Positions 23,501 through 38,300 of a stretch of 64,000 nt of DNA are shown here, piece after piece. Position 1 is the stretch's first letter. Each line of letters starts with the position of its first letter. The position numbers were made by a program, and so were the translations under genes. The stretch comes from Lytechinus pictus (taxonomy: Eukaryota): NCBI RefSeq assembly GCF_037042905.1, contig NC_087252.1, positions 1,986,001 to 2,050,000 of the forward strand, written 5' to 3'. The notes under the pieces were generated by a model. It had not been told where the DNA came from and ran no database searches. It saw only the letters and a list, made by a program, of their open reading frames with translations.

Positions 23501-26500
23501 ATGCTAGTTCCTTGAACCCAGCCTTTAGGAGTCTGTTACTCAGCTCTATCTCTTCATCCCTTGCCATAGGATTTTTTCTGAACATTTCTTCCCAGGTCTC
23601 GAGGACATGCATGAGAGAGATATCTTGGGTTTCCCATAACTTTGTCGTCGGTATATCAAGAATCTGAGCTAATTTCATTGTGACCGCTAATTTGTACTGG
23701 GCGACATCATCTGTACGATCCGATTCTGTCTCTTTACCTATGTAAAGAATACATAAAAAGTAGAAATTTACATCAATATGTATCATTAAACACATATATT
23801 TCATTAAATTAAACTCCGGTAAAAAAAAAAAACTCCGGCAATTGAGTACGTAAGTATTTTTCATTCAGATTTGTAAGTAACCCATATAAAGAAATGCTTG
23901 AATCGACAAGACATTGGGTCAGGTGGCTTATTATAATCACTCGGGTCGCGTTCGCGTTCGAAATCACTCGGGTTTTGGATTTTTGGCGATTTTTTTTATT
24001 TTTTTTTATTTCAATGCGATTTTTTTTTAACGGTGTCTTCAATGGGACAAACACGCTGGGAAAATAAAATGAAATTCAAATTCTAGTTTCGTTTTAAGCC
24101 GGCAAGTGCCTTTAATAAAATGCACTCGCCTACTGCTTAACATAACAAACAAGCAAATCAGCCGTGTGGCTCAACTATCCTAGAATACATCCAGACTTCT
24201 ACTTTTTTTATACGAGGACTCCGAGTCGGAACTTGCCATATCTGCCACATCGATATTACATCGTCATTCCCATGTGCGGACATGCATGCCTGCATGCAAT
24301 GGCCCCAAGGCGGGACCCGGCCACGGTCGGACACGGCGTGCATCGGTAGCATGGAGCAAGCTAGGTAACGTGAGTCGAGCCGAGTTAGATCCCACGTTAC
24401 AGTGCCAGTCAGTCCGCAGCTCGTCCGAAAGTATTTTATTCAGCGGTATGCATAGCCAGCCATCCGTGGTTTAATGCATATATACGTAATTAAACCAAAA
24501 GCTTCGGTCTCCTAATGTTCGTTGTTCCGCTGAACTCCGTTAGCTCCACTCACCAATACAGAGACCGGAGTTCTAGCTCGATCTGTACAGGGACTCAATG
24601 GCCATATGTTTATGCATTAAGTTCCAATAAAACGGGGAAGTGAAGTTGCGCGACAGCCGAAGCAATTAGTTACTGTTTTTTCCCCCTTTTAAGTTTATTT
24701 TCCCTTTTTTGGTGCATTTTAGGACAAAACGGAATAATAATCTTGATTTGATACAGTTCTTTTCATATATTCTTATGAAATAAAGACAAAAATCGATGAG
24801 CGCCGTCTGGGGGATTTTGCATTGTTAACCCCGTAATGATGGTTGCACCATAGCGAGCCGTCTGTGTACGAGGAGAAATGAAAATGTAAAAAAAACTCCT
24901 CGAAACAGGCGGCTGCCAGCTGTCTAATACGTAATGAGCTTTGAGGACGATCTTTCCGATCGGCGTTTTAAAATTCTGCTCTTAAATTGTTGTCCATTTC
25001 TCATAAAATGTTTCTTATTTTATAGATAAAATGGCCATATCATGTTTTAAGTAACTGGAGACCTAAAAAATTCCCTACCTAAATTCTCGAAACATTGCAT
25101 TAGGTGATGTGCTTAATTGATCTTCTTTGTGCTCGCGTGCCAAACGTATACGTTGAGCTGAACGGGGATCAGTCTTTCTCTCTCTCTCTGTCTCTCCTAC
25201 CTTTCCGAAATTAAAACGGTCCCTCGATCGGACACAGTTATTTAGACGCAGGACAAATAATGCTCTGACAACCAAACACACTTTTCGTCAGCATCAGTAA
25301 AAATGTGAATGGGCTTTTAAAAACTAATACTAAAACTGATCTAAAATTGATCTTAGATCGATTTTAAAATTGATTTCATCGCGCGTGCTTGCGACTTCTA
25401 CTACATTTTAATTGCACTTGCGACTTTAAGATGATGCGTTGTATGAGAGCAAGAGATCATTGCAATAATTCTAAATCGCTAGCACTTAAAAATACTTATA
25501 AATGATGTCCCGCCGATCGTTCATTAATCTGTGATTTATGAGAATTATTTTCATCTTATTTTCATTTGCGACTTTGCTCGGAAGATGCGTCTTTCATTTA
25601 TCTTTCTAATACAAATCACTCGGTTTATTTCAAAGCAGTAACACCTCAAAACCCCTTTAAAACATGTTCCAAACGATCGCGCATGTTGGCGACTTCCATT
25701 CCAATGCATTTGTCTTTGTGACTTTGTCAGGAAGATGCGCGCGATCGCGAACAAAATTTTGATGTATTCCTTTGTATTTAAACATCGCCGATTCGATTTT
25801 CGATTTTAAATCGATTTTAAAAGCTCAAACATACTTAAGACAGTTGGCTAGCCACGATATCACCTTACCAATCCCTATTACTTACTCCTCCTTTAGGGCT
25901 CTCCCTGTATTGATAAACATTAAAATCCCATAGACGGAGCCCTAAAGGAGGACTAAATAATAAGGATTGACAAGGCGATATCGTGGCTAGCCAACTGTCT
26001 CAGAAATGTTTGAGCTTTTAAAACCAATTTGAAATACGATTTTACAATCGATTGTAAAATTGATTTCAAAATCGATTTTATAATCAATTTTAAATTCATA
26101 ATCAACCAAATTATTCCATCAACCCCTCTTTTCCCTTCAAAACCACTCTGCCACTTTCAGACAGTCGGCTAGCCACGATATCGCTTGTCAATCCTTATTA
26201 TTTAGTCCTCCTTTAGGGCTCCGTCTATGGGATTTTAATGTTTATAAATACAGGGAGAGCCCTAAAGGAGGAGTAAGTAATAGGGATTGATAAGGCGATA
26301 TCGTGGCTAGCCAACTGTCATTACGTATTAGACAGCTGGCAGCCGCCTGTTTCGAGGAGTTTTTTAACATTTTTATTTCTCCTCGTACACAGACGGCTCG
26401 CTATGGTGCAACCATCATTACGGGGTTAAAAATGCAAAATCCCCCAGACGGCGCTCATCGATTTTTGTCTTTATTTCATAAAAATATATGAACAAAACTG

Positions 26501-29294
26501 TATCAAATAAAGATTATTATTCCGTTTTGTCCTAAAATGCACCAAAAAAAGGGAAAATAAACTTAAAAGGGGAAAAACAGTAACAGTAACTTCGGTCTCT
26601 GTATTGGTGAGTGGAGCTAACGGAGTTCAGCGGAACAACGAACATTAGGAGACCGAAGTTTTTGGTCTAATTACGTATATATGCATTAAACCACGGATGG
26701 CTGGCTATGCATACAGCTGAATAAAATACTTTCGGACGAGCTGCGGACTGACTGGCACTGTAACGTGGGATCTAACTCGGCTCGACTCACGTTACCTAGC
26801 TTGCTCCATGCTACCGATGCACGCCGTGTCCGACCGTGGCCGAGTCCCGCCTTGGGGCTATTGCATGCAGGCATGCATGTCCGCACATGGGAATGACGAT
26901 GTAATATCGATGTGGCAGATATGACAAGTTCCGACTCGGAGTCCTCGTATAAAAAAAAGTAGAAGTCTGGATGTATTCTAGGATAGTTGAGCCACATGGC
27001 TGATTTGCTTGTTTGTTATGTTAAGCAGTAGGCGAGTGCATTTTATTAAAGGCACTTGCCGGCTTAAAACGAAACTAGAATTTGAATTTCATTTTATTTT
27101 CCCAGCGTGTTTGTCCCATTGAAGACACCGTTAGAAAAAAAATCGCATTGAAAAAAAAAAAAAAAATCGCCAAAAATCCAAAACCCGAGTGATTTCGAAC
27201 GCGACCCGAGTGATTTCGAACGCGAACGCGACCCGAGTGATTATAATAAGCCGGTCAGGTGCATAAAAAAGTAGCAACGGCTTTTGCGTGGATTTTACTT
27301 GATTCCGTTTGCATAAAACTGAGCGAGAAAATGCTTTTGATAGTAAGTTCAAGCAATTGCCAACTGACTGCTAGTATTTCCTTGACAATTAAGCTATTGC
27401 TAAAAAGCGTATGCGTAAAGCGAGCATTTTGCTTGTGCGTTTAAGCACTTGCTTGGGTTTTTTCAAGCTCCGTAAGAGCATCGTAAGCGTTTGCTTGACC
27501 AGGGCGTTCGAGTTTCTTATCATATTTATGAACCTGAGAGAAAACCCCAAGCGGTACAGAAGTCTACATGTGCATGTTTTCTTCCTCACGGTAAGTGCAA
27601 CCAAATGCCAAATATGTACAATTATAAAAAAGAAATGAGTTTGTTTGACACCAAGTCTTAGGAAAAGTTGTTATAAGAAGTGCTAATTTGCACTGCCACA
27701 TCTTTGTGCTCGAGACCTGCCTTTTTCTGTGAGTCGCGTGACGTCGCTAATGTTCAAACCGCTACCAATTACTTTCTGAAGGAAGTAAAAGGGTTCAAGC
27801 ACTAGTAAAGGGTTATGCCTATGAAAATGAAGCAATTGATGAGGCATGATCTTTTGCTTGGTCAGCTGTTGCTTTTGCTTGAAGCAACCTCTTGCCATTT
27901 TTTTATGCATCTGACTCAATCATGAAAATGAATGTCTTGCCAAAAATTAAAACGTGAAAACATTTTGCTCCAACATAAGATTGGGAGGGCGGGGGGGGGG
28001 GGGGGGGGTTCGAGATTTATCCTTAAAACATATCATTATCATTACGAAGGTGAAAGTAAAACGCAATGTGTTCATTAGATTGCATTATCTGGATGGATGA
28101 CCTTAGTATTATCCTTCCTACCACTATTAAGCTTAATGTGCTCTGATGTAGGATCTGTTGAAGAATCAATCGATATCTCTTTAGCCCTGTCTGTATCAAC
28201 TGTTCGCTGGCTGTCATCTTCCGGGATTGCAACTTCATTATCGGTTTGGAGCGCTTGATCAGGCAACTTCTTTGGCTCTCTAACTTCGAGGATCTTCCTG
28301 ACCAATGATGGCTCGAAAGACTCTATATTATTGATTAACTCCTGAAAGACAGCTGCGTTCTTACTGCAATCTCCAAGGTAAGTCCCTGCAAGAAATGAAT
28401 CAACATGGTAGCTATCGGTTTGATATTGCTATGAATCACATTAATTCTCCAACATGAAAAATAAAACCCTGATAACATTGGTACTAATGCCAAACTGTAC
28501 TTTTTTTATGAGGACGCTTGATAGATTATGCTCTATGTTGACTGTACGTACAAATTATGATAAAACTCTTTGACTACATAATTCTCAGCTATAATCATGA
28601 TAATGGAACGTGGGCCGAATCAGAATGTGGGTTCTTAAGAAGTCCCCTTGGAATAACTTTTGTTTTCTCGTTCTTAAATGAATTTCATAAGAAGGTACCA
28701 GGTTTGCTCATCTTCGATCGAGTTCGAGGAAAAAAGAGAATGGCATAGGTTATTTACCTAGGATCAAACTTACCGAAGAGGATTCCATCAGCTATGTCTT
28801 TACCTTGGACGGGATAGATTGCATCAGCAAGAGATGTTCTTGAATTGTAAGTTGGTGGATGGACCATGAACTTCCAATCTCTTATTATGGTAATCACACT
28901 GCTCCTTTGGCCCATTCCTAAGTTCTTAGAAATTCTATTTAGAGCTTCTTGATAATCCTTTGATTTCTTAAATAGTGCAAATGCATCAGCTAGAGATGTT
29001 TCATGACCTATAAGGTGGGGAATAAACATTAGGTATTCAAGAAAAACCATTCTAATACTTACTTATTACGTAACGTTATATATTGATGTATGCTGCTGAA
29101 AAGTAAAGAGTATTGTTTTTCTCTTTCGAAACAATGGTGACGTAAAAAACTATTAGGTAGGACGAAAATAATTATCTTTCCACTCTGACTTCCTATATGT
29201 CTGTTGTCATGATGCAAATATATTTACTCCAGTGATGACCAATAGGATCACACACGTCTCATGAATTGAATATTAGATTCTGCAATACGAGACT

Positions 29295-29337
<43 letters not shown>

Positions 29338-32300
29338 CGGTGTTTTTCTCTATCATGGGACCATGACTTGTGGAATATTGAGTAAGAAATAACCGACATT
29401 GTTGGTTATCAACATTATACCTATCATTTGATCATACGATATATATTATCCATTATACATAAATGAAACGATTGAATTACCACATCCAATTAATACGGCT
29501 ATGTCCTTGTATCCAATCTTTGAAAGAACTTCCCTTAATTTCTTCCTATCTCCTTTGATGAAGTCATGAAGTTTTATTAATACAGCAGTAGTTCCCTTAG
29601 TGAGATGGTCAGGTGCGTACTGGACTCTGTATTTTGTTAATGTCTCGTCAGAAATATCAAGAGCCTTCGCTAGCGGATACACATCTTCGAGGAGTAGGCG
29701 GAAGGCAATGTCAAGTAACTCGCATAGACCTACGTTGTTCGACCTCGTGGTGAGAAGGTCTTTAAATAAAACATCCAGAAAAATATGAACAATAATCTTG
29801 TGCCATTAAAAGTACTCTCTATTGTTTGATTGTGGTCAAAGTTAGGTTTGTGACCGAACGTGATTCGACACCTGAAACTTTTCTTTGAAGACTTACATAT
29901 AATTTTGTTCTGTATGACATCAATAGCAAATTTAGTTGAAGGGAGTAACATTAATAATATACGTTTACAACTAACTTTATCTCTATAGAAGACCTGATAA
30001 TAAAGACCTTTCTCATGCAATCTATATCATGATTAGCATCCATAAATTCACAGAGGGTATTCAAATAGCCTCCCCTCGAAATATGCACTCAAATGTGCTA
30101 ATGCGCAACTATTCTGCCTTTCCTTCATTGTCCATAATCATATAATAGGATCAAACCCAATGTACACCATGTACACTGGAAATATTTTGTGTCTTTAACT
30201 GCAAGTTTTGGCCAACAATATCAACAATTTACATTTAGTTATTTTCAGATGTATGAATAACGTCTAACAGCAAAATGAACAAACCTTCTACACGTAAATG
30301 CATGGAAACAAGATCCTGCTAAAACCAAGTCATAATTATTTGGCATGTTTTGATCGTTTTCGAGTGAAATTGTTGTATTTTGTAGCATTCTAAATTAATT
30401 TCCATAAAGTGCGTAGGCCTATTTTTTCTATAAGGCCTTTGGCCCGTTTCTGCGGAATCAAAGTATATTTACCCATAACTTTTGCTGATTTCAGCTTTTC
30501 ACGGAGTTTATTCTCAACGTTCTCTTTCGGATGCTTTGTCATCCAACCTCGAGCATACGCTCCTATCACATCCGCATAAGTACCACCTTCTTGGTCTCCT
30601 CCGAAAGCTCGTTTGACTTTGTCATGCTTATATGTGGGAAGGCAGGCAGCGATTCTAAGAACCTCGTCATTGATGGAGTCACTGAGCAGATTATCCGGAG
30701 TCTTCACGGTGTTAACTGGGGATTAATGTGAATTGAATTTATCTCTTAGGACATCATTTGCATTTGTCACTATTCTTGTTCGAAACGAAATTACAAAGTA
30801 GCACAAAGCAAATATTCAATATGAGGAACATTGGCAATTAAACAAAAACATATTAACAGTATTGCATCAAATCTTAAGTTTTCTTTCAGTAAGTATCTCA
30901 AGACATGAATAATAGAAAAGTGGGACAAGCATGCAGGGGGAAAAGAGAGTGTGTAAATGAGGGAGGGGGGGGGGTGGCGAAGGATGACGAAGAGAGTGAT
31001 ATGAAGAAAATAGACGAAAACAAAATATCGTCAATCATTACCTGAATACCTTATGTAAAATACAATGTGATAGACATATAAAGTGTTTTTAAGTGCCACA
31101 AAAAAATACGCGTTTCATTTGCAAGTAACATGATAAATAAGCCCTAAACAAATAGTCTATGAGGAGGGGATGACGGATAATAAAACTGATGGGTGGACAT
31201 TTCCAAATTATGTGGTCACTCCAAATTAAAGAATATTGGTTTCAAACTTGTTGGAAATACTCAATTTATTAACGACACATTATCTTATAAAGCACTATTT
31301 GAAACACTTGCTATATATCATTTAAACACTAGCTTTATATCATTATTTCCCTAGTCTTTTGGTTAAATTGAATTGTATTTGTTCTTTTTATATTCATTTT
31401 TTTAACCTGTTGTATCAGGACCATGATGTAAAACAGCTGTGCTGATCATGTTTTTATCCTGCATAAATAAATTCAAATAAATAATAAATAAATAAATATT
31501 TCGTAATGCCGTAGATAAGCCTTTCTAACAAGTAATGTCAAGTAGGGAAAACTTACTGTATGTTCAAATCATTTTGAGATAACTTCGAGGAAGCTTATAG
31601 CGACGGAGAGATCTTTTTTTTTAGAATCCCGAAGAAGACCAATCAAAGCATTTTGATATCATAAAAATGATTTTGCCCGAGCTAACTATATGATATTAAT
31701 GATTTGATGATTTTTTTTTCTTGAAAAGTGAGTAAATGTTGGGTGGGGGGTAACAGACCATTCCCTTATCAGAAAAGTGCGCGTGTGTATGTGTGCATGA
31801 ATATTAATTTTCCCGGTATTTTTGATTTTGTACCTTTTACATGTTTTAAATGGCCAGATGATCTTCTTCCATGTTGAATTCCCAGGTCTCTGCCAGGGTT
31901 AAGGTCTTTCCACAGCTCATCTGTATGAAACATATCATACATATGTGCATGTAAGAAAGGGTAGTTGATATCATAATTTAATAAACGTTTTTTTTGTATT
32001 ATGAAAAACATTACAACTGAAATTTCAATATCAAAGTATTTTAGTAAAAAAAAAAAAATATGTGGACACAGTGGAAAAAAGGCAATATTTTTTTTCTCCT
32101 GACCTTTGTACAAATATACGGATTAAAAATAAGGTATGCTAAAATAAATCTGACTGCAGGAAGTGAAAAAAAACATTGGTCAAAATGTCAAAATTTATGG
32201 ATATAAAGTGGTCTGAGACTAATGTCAGTGCAAACTCCATAGCAGTGCACAATTTTGCATTCGCTTAGTCTTTAAATTCAATCCCTTTTTTAATATAAAT

Positions 32301-35300
32301 TTTGTTTGTCCTGAAATTCCAATTCACCAGAATAATTGAATTCAGTTGCATAAACGGGCTAACTGCTAAAGGGGTGGTGGTGGAGGGCGTTATGGTCGTG
32401 TGTATGTATATATTTAGGATAAATATGTGCAAGTCATTTTTTTTCGCGTGTGTTGGAAAGTGTGTTGCCATTGTAACATAATTTATAGCAAAAAATAGGT
32501 ACAAATCTGGCAGTTAGAATACTTCCTCTTTTTTATAATCAATTCTATTTGGTCTTGAGGTGAAGATGTGCAAGAGACATTTTGTTGAGTGTGTCTGAAA
32601 TCTTGTTTCCATGGTAACAAGATATTATTCGGCAAAAATTAGATTAAAATCTTGCGATTTGAGCTACTTCATCAGTTTTCAACCAATTCTTATGAGATTT
32701 GGCTCAAGTTGGTTTTGAGTTAAAAATGTGCATGACGCAATTTTTACATTTGTCAGACATCGCGTTTCCATGGTAAACAGATACTATAGCCAGAAATGCA
32801 GGGAACTCCTTGTGAATCAAACTAATTCCCCATTTTTTAGCCAGTGCTCATAAAAATTGGCACAAATATTCATCTTGGGCTAAATATTCATATTCATTAT
32901 TAAATGTCTTCAAACCGCATTACAATGATTACGTCATAGGACACGTTTAGCCCGTTTATGAACCTGAATTCAACTATTCTGGTGTATTTGGATTTCAGGA
33001 CAAACATAATTTTTGTTCAAAAGGATTTGAATCTAAAGACTAATAAAGCAAAATTATACACTGCTATGGAGTTTTGCACTGGCACTAGTCTATATATCAG
33101 ACCACTTTACATTCTTAAATTTTGACATTTTTGTCACTGTTCCTGCAGTCAGATTTTTTGAGCATATTCTACGTTTAATCCTCATATAGATACAAAGGTA
33201 TGGAGGAAAAAATCATGCTTTTGCCCACCGTGTCCACCTCTGGGATATTTTCCACGCTATAAAGAGACCATACTATTTATGCCTATCATATGAGACAAAT
33301 CGGGCTAATCGGCTGCTTTATTAGACAATTTCTTTGCTCATTATAACTAAGGCACAGACGTCACAGCCATGGATCTCTCGTCATCTATTTTTCATGATGA
33401 TTCTACTCTCCAAACATTAACCACGTTAACCATCACCATATTTTAGTCTCAAAATCAAGTTTGTTAAATCATATATACATGTAATACAGTACGACAATAC
33501 GCCAGACGGTGGCCTGTACTTATAGAGAAGAAGAATATCATATTACTATGACCTTTTATGTCTTGTCGACCAATGCTGTCTAATGCCTCACGAAGCTTCA
33601 ACTTTTTTTCGTAATTGCTGCATGCCGCTTGTCTGATCCAGTCATTTACCATCGCCTCCGTTTCGAACAGGGTGGCTTTATTTGCAGTAACTATTGCGTC
33701 CTCTTTCAAGTCGATATCTACACACTGCAACAAAGATTTAACGTGTCGACTCGTCAACCTGTCGGTAAACCCTTCAATCTCACTGTCGATGAGGTCAACT
33801 ATGTGGTGATGTGGCACTTGAAGTTAACAAATGAAATCAAGATTAAATTCGGATCAAACCTTGGTACCAAATTTAAAATCAATATTTTAAAAGCTGTAAA
33901 AAAAATCAGAATATGGAGGAATAGGATTAAAAGTACAACTTCTTTCTTTAAATCTAAATCACATGATCAGATGGTGAAATTAAAATTATAAATATTGTTG
34001 ACCATGACTTTGTAAAAACCTCTTTTGAAAGGACAAAATCTAATTTGATAACTTTAAGATAATATAGCCTATTGACGGACACAACTTTTCAAACACCCCA
34101 CAACAATCATACCTGAAACAAAATGTTTACCTTTGAAAAATAATCTGTCTATTGGTCTACATTCAGTCTTCTCCAGAGCATGACTTAGCAAGATAATTGG
34201 GTTCTCATCAAGATCTTGTTGTTTCCATTCTACTACATGTTTCATTGCCTCCTTGATGTCGCTGTGATGAATTATTTGTGAGTCACCATCAGATGAGATT
34301 TTGCCAGTTACCTTCTGTATGAAGCGTCCAAGTTTGCCAGGATCTTTTATTTGCCATAGGATATGTTCGATTGTGTCCTCTAAGACATTTGTTCTCCCCA
34401 TTTCTCTGAGTTCTGAACAAAATGTAATTTGTGAGTTGCTAAAAAGATTTACGTTATACAGATCGCTGTCAGATTTAAAACATAGAAAGTTTGATATCTC
34501 GCAAAGAAAAAAAATGCGTGGTCAATATAGTCGTCCAATATTTATCAATCTTCTACAGTTTTTCTTATATTTGAGTAATGAGAATCATTTTTTTTTTTCG
34601 AGAAAAAGAGTGAAAATATTTTCTGAATTAACCTTCAAAGAATTCTAAACCTTACAGCAAAGTTCAGGTTCTGGTTATTGAAAAGCATTATGAATAAAGA
34701 AAAAAAAAATATTGCAAGTTTAAAAAATTCGCAATCATGAGAACCAGAATTTTCATCTTTTTTAGAAATATTTCCAGAGTTAAATACCCAAACAGGAGAT
34801 TGATTTCCATTTTTTTCAAATGTCCAACCCACAATATTATAACTCCATCTGGATATTAAAGATAGAGTCACAGTTCCCCTATTAATCACTTCACTTATCC
34901 ATTGGTTTAGTTTGGGTTTTGTATTTTCGTTGTAGGAAACTCTGCGAGATCTTCCGTTGGGAAGTCATTTCCTCTATTGGAAGAGTCGGAATTGCACCAT
35001 TTTTTTAAATGCTAAAAAAAGAAGACCCCCCCACAAAAAAACCAATGACAACCATCTGCTCAAGTCCTACTTTAACTCCATAAGTATCATATCTGTAAAT
35101 ACTTCTAGGCGACGTACCCATTATATCTTTCCATGCTTCCTTGAAATTAGCCTTCGTTAGTGCATCAAGTAATAGCTTTCCTTGATGAACCGTTGTGCTT
35201 TGCCTTTTCCAATCACACAGAACAACATATATCTCTTCTTCTGTCAGCCTATCTCCTGCTTCCAAACTAAGGTTGTCAAATATAGCCTGTGCACCACACC

Positions 35301-38300
35301 CATGTTGAACCATCATCCGGCTCAATTTCCAAAGTTCGGGAAACGATATCATTCCTGGAAAAGATTTTAATATGAAAACGATAACGCATAGCTTTAAAAT
35401 ATCTATATTTCTTATTGTTAGCCAATATTATTCTTTTTTTTTTCGTTTATTTTATTCTTTTAATTTTTCTCCCCTACACAAGCTAACTCGTATCAAGTGT
35501 TTCACTCTCTTTTAATGTCTTTATTATAAATGAACATCGTATGAAGTTCTTACCGGCGAAAAAGTTCCTGCTGATATCTGAGCATCCAGACTTAGCTAAA
35601 GCAAGGCTTAGGACAGCATTCGGGTTTTCAACGAAACGGCTGCATCGCCATTCCATGAACAACTTTATTGCTTCATTTTGGTCTTTTACATTTCCATGTA
35701 AATTAGGTAAATCAGCTCCACCAGCGTAAAGCTTACGAAGAAGTTGTTGAATTTTCTGGGGATCTACAATGTCTGTTATTATCTGTTCTACGGTTGCCTG
35801 TGGAACTTTTTTATCCGTTTGTTTTCGCTGCTCTGTAAGATGAAACGACATACACTGATTAATAATTATCAATGGTTATTCCCAGTATATTTCCATCTAT
35901 CGAAATGCAAACATATCATTTATATGCAAGGTATACAAAACAATTCGAAACACGGTATACTTGTTGACGGTAACTTAAAGAAAATACTGAATTATGAATC
36001 AGAAGTTTGTTATTGGACACCTTCATAATATCGATTGAGTTTCATCCACTACCATATTTCATGAACATTGCTCTGATTAATTATCTTAGTTTATTGATAA
36101 ACAATTTAATACATTATGTGTTCACTAAAATTTTACCTCGCAATTAATTACAGTATGGAAGCTTAAAAGTGCCACCAATATGTTCATATAATCATCTCTT
36201 CGTGTCAACATCTCTAAGGAAAAACGACAAGATGACGAGATCACGGATCTCCTCATGTCTACATCCCGTGGGAGAGATGATCAGATATGACAAGATCTTA
36301 GATCTCGTCATGTCTACATCCCGTGTGAGAGATGATCAGATAACAAGATCTTGGATCTCGTCATGTCTACACCTCATATAAGAGATGATCAGATGGCAAG
36401 ATCTCGTCACGTCTGCATCCTGTGGGAGAGATGATCAGATGGCAAGATCTCGGATCTAAGATATTGCCATCTTATCATCTCTTCTAAAACAGACATGACG
36501 AGATCCTAGATCTTGCCATGTGATCATCTCTCCCACATGATGTAGACATGACGAGATCTAAGATCTTGTCATCTGATCATATATTCTAACAGATGTCGAC
36601 ATGACGAGATCCAAGATCTTGTCATCTGATCATATCTTCTAACAGATGTAGACATGACGAGATCCAATATCTTCTAACAGATGTCGACATGACGAGATCC
36701 AAGATCTTGTCATCTGATCATATCTTCTAACAGATGTAGACATGACGAGATCCAAGATCTTGTCATCCGATCATATCTTCTAACAGATGTAGACATTACG
36801 ATATCCAAGATCTTGTCATCTGATCATCTCTCACACGAGATGTAGACCTCGTCATCTTATTCTTTTCCCTAAGAGATGTAAACTTGACGAGACGATTATA
36901 TGGACATCTGGGTGGCACTTTTAAGTTTCCATATTACAGTGCAGCATTTTCGACCCTGTTCTGTTGCATGAACAAAAAATAGTAATATCTGTTTTGGTAG
37001 TTATACCGAAAGTAGTAATATCAAAATTTTTAAAAGTACCACATAGATTCTGCCATCGCGTCCCAAAATTTGCATTTTGCAACGCTGATTGAAGTTTGTT
37101 GGCATGTTTATCGCTTCTATGTTCATCTTTCCATTTGCAGAGAAGATTGTATACTTCAGGTGCCCTCATCTCTTCTGTTGCATCCTTAATACCAAGATTA
37201 AGAAGGGCCTGATGTAATTTCTTCATATCACTGATCGATGTGTCATACGCGAGTGACCAGAGTTCGTAGAAGGATATTTCACCTGGTAATGAACAAAGCA
37301 ATTAATGAAACAATCTTGTCAGTTGAAAAGCAAAGTTCGGGATGATATTTATTCAAAATATAAAATGCACATGACTCTATGCAAATAGTCAATATCCACA
37401 ATACAACATGTCTTACACACTCGTAGTTTGATCACGCCCTTAGCATTTCACATTTTAGAAAGTCAATAACGTTCAAAATTCATTTTTTCTCTCGCAAGGG
37501 TACTTTACACATGACTAAAAATAAAGCACTAATGTACTAAGATTGGATAAATAGATCACATATACAATTTTGCAGCACTATTGAAAATAGTGGAAAATTG
37601 TCATTATTTTAATTCATGTATACTTTCACCTTTTAACACTTCAGTTAGAAGTTAAACGAATCATAAGATTGCTACAACAAACATTGCCGACGGAAGCCAA
37701 AAAAAATTAGGGGGGGGGGAAACCACCAATTTTTTTTTGAAAAGCAAAAAAAAAAGGTTAGCAACCAAAATTTTAGGGGGGGTGACCGACAAAATTTTTT
37801 GACAAGCAAAAAAAGGGGTAAAAATGTAAGGGGGGATCCACCTCAAATTAAGGGGGGGGGGGGGACAGGTCCCCCGCTTCCGCCGCCTATGACAACAAAC
37901 ATCATACAGACCTCACTGCCAATCTTACCATCAATATGTGCTTGTTCAATCATAGGGATACTTTCCTGGCCATCATTTCTCGCGATAGTACGATCTAAAT
38001 GAAATAATGTTTCATTGAATCATTAATAGTACAAATAAATATCTAATCACAATATATTCGTACGTTTGAGAAATGACAAACAAATTACAAGAGAGCGAGA
38101 TCAAATTTTGCCTTTATATAATTTCAAAAAAATTATACATGAACACAATCAACACAGAAACTCACCCGTCAACCGAAGGGAACATGCTAAGAAAAAAAAA
38201 TCGAATTAGAGAGAAGCATATTTATTGCAATTCTTTAATATCGGGTTTCTTGATATCATCATACCTCATTTAAGGATTTACTGTAAGCAACATAATTTTC

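Larger units (their letters stand above)
14425..29144. repeat. Segmental duplication, copy 1
   Basis: Collinear with 50806-58616 from 'caatgtacaatcaatcttgaaaatcaatcg' to 'aacaatggtgacgta'; longer mainly because of extra insertions. Confidence 0.9.

Noticed and set aside
24158..26997. Paired ORFs in the foldback arms as a transposase
   Set aside because: Short, frameshifted between arms, no DDE motif.
27683..27919. Exon between 28122 and 23737
   Set aside because: Lies in a MITE; the phase-1 frame hits TAA immediately in both copies.
36230..36850. CRISPR-like array
   Set aside because: Tandem units without unique spacers, inside TIRs, in eukaryotic DNA with no cas genes.
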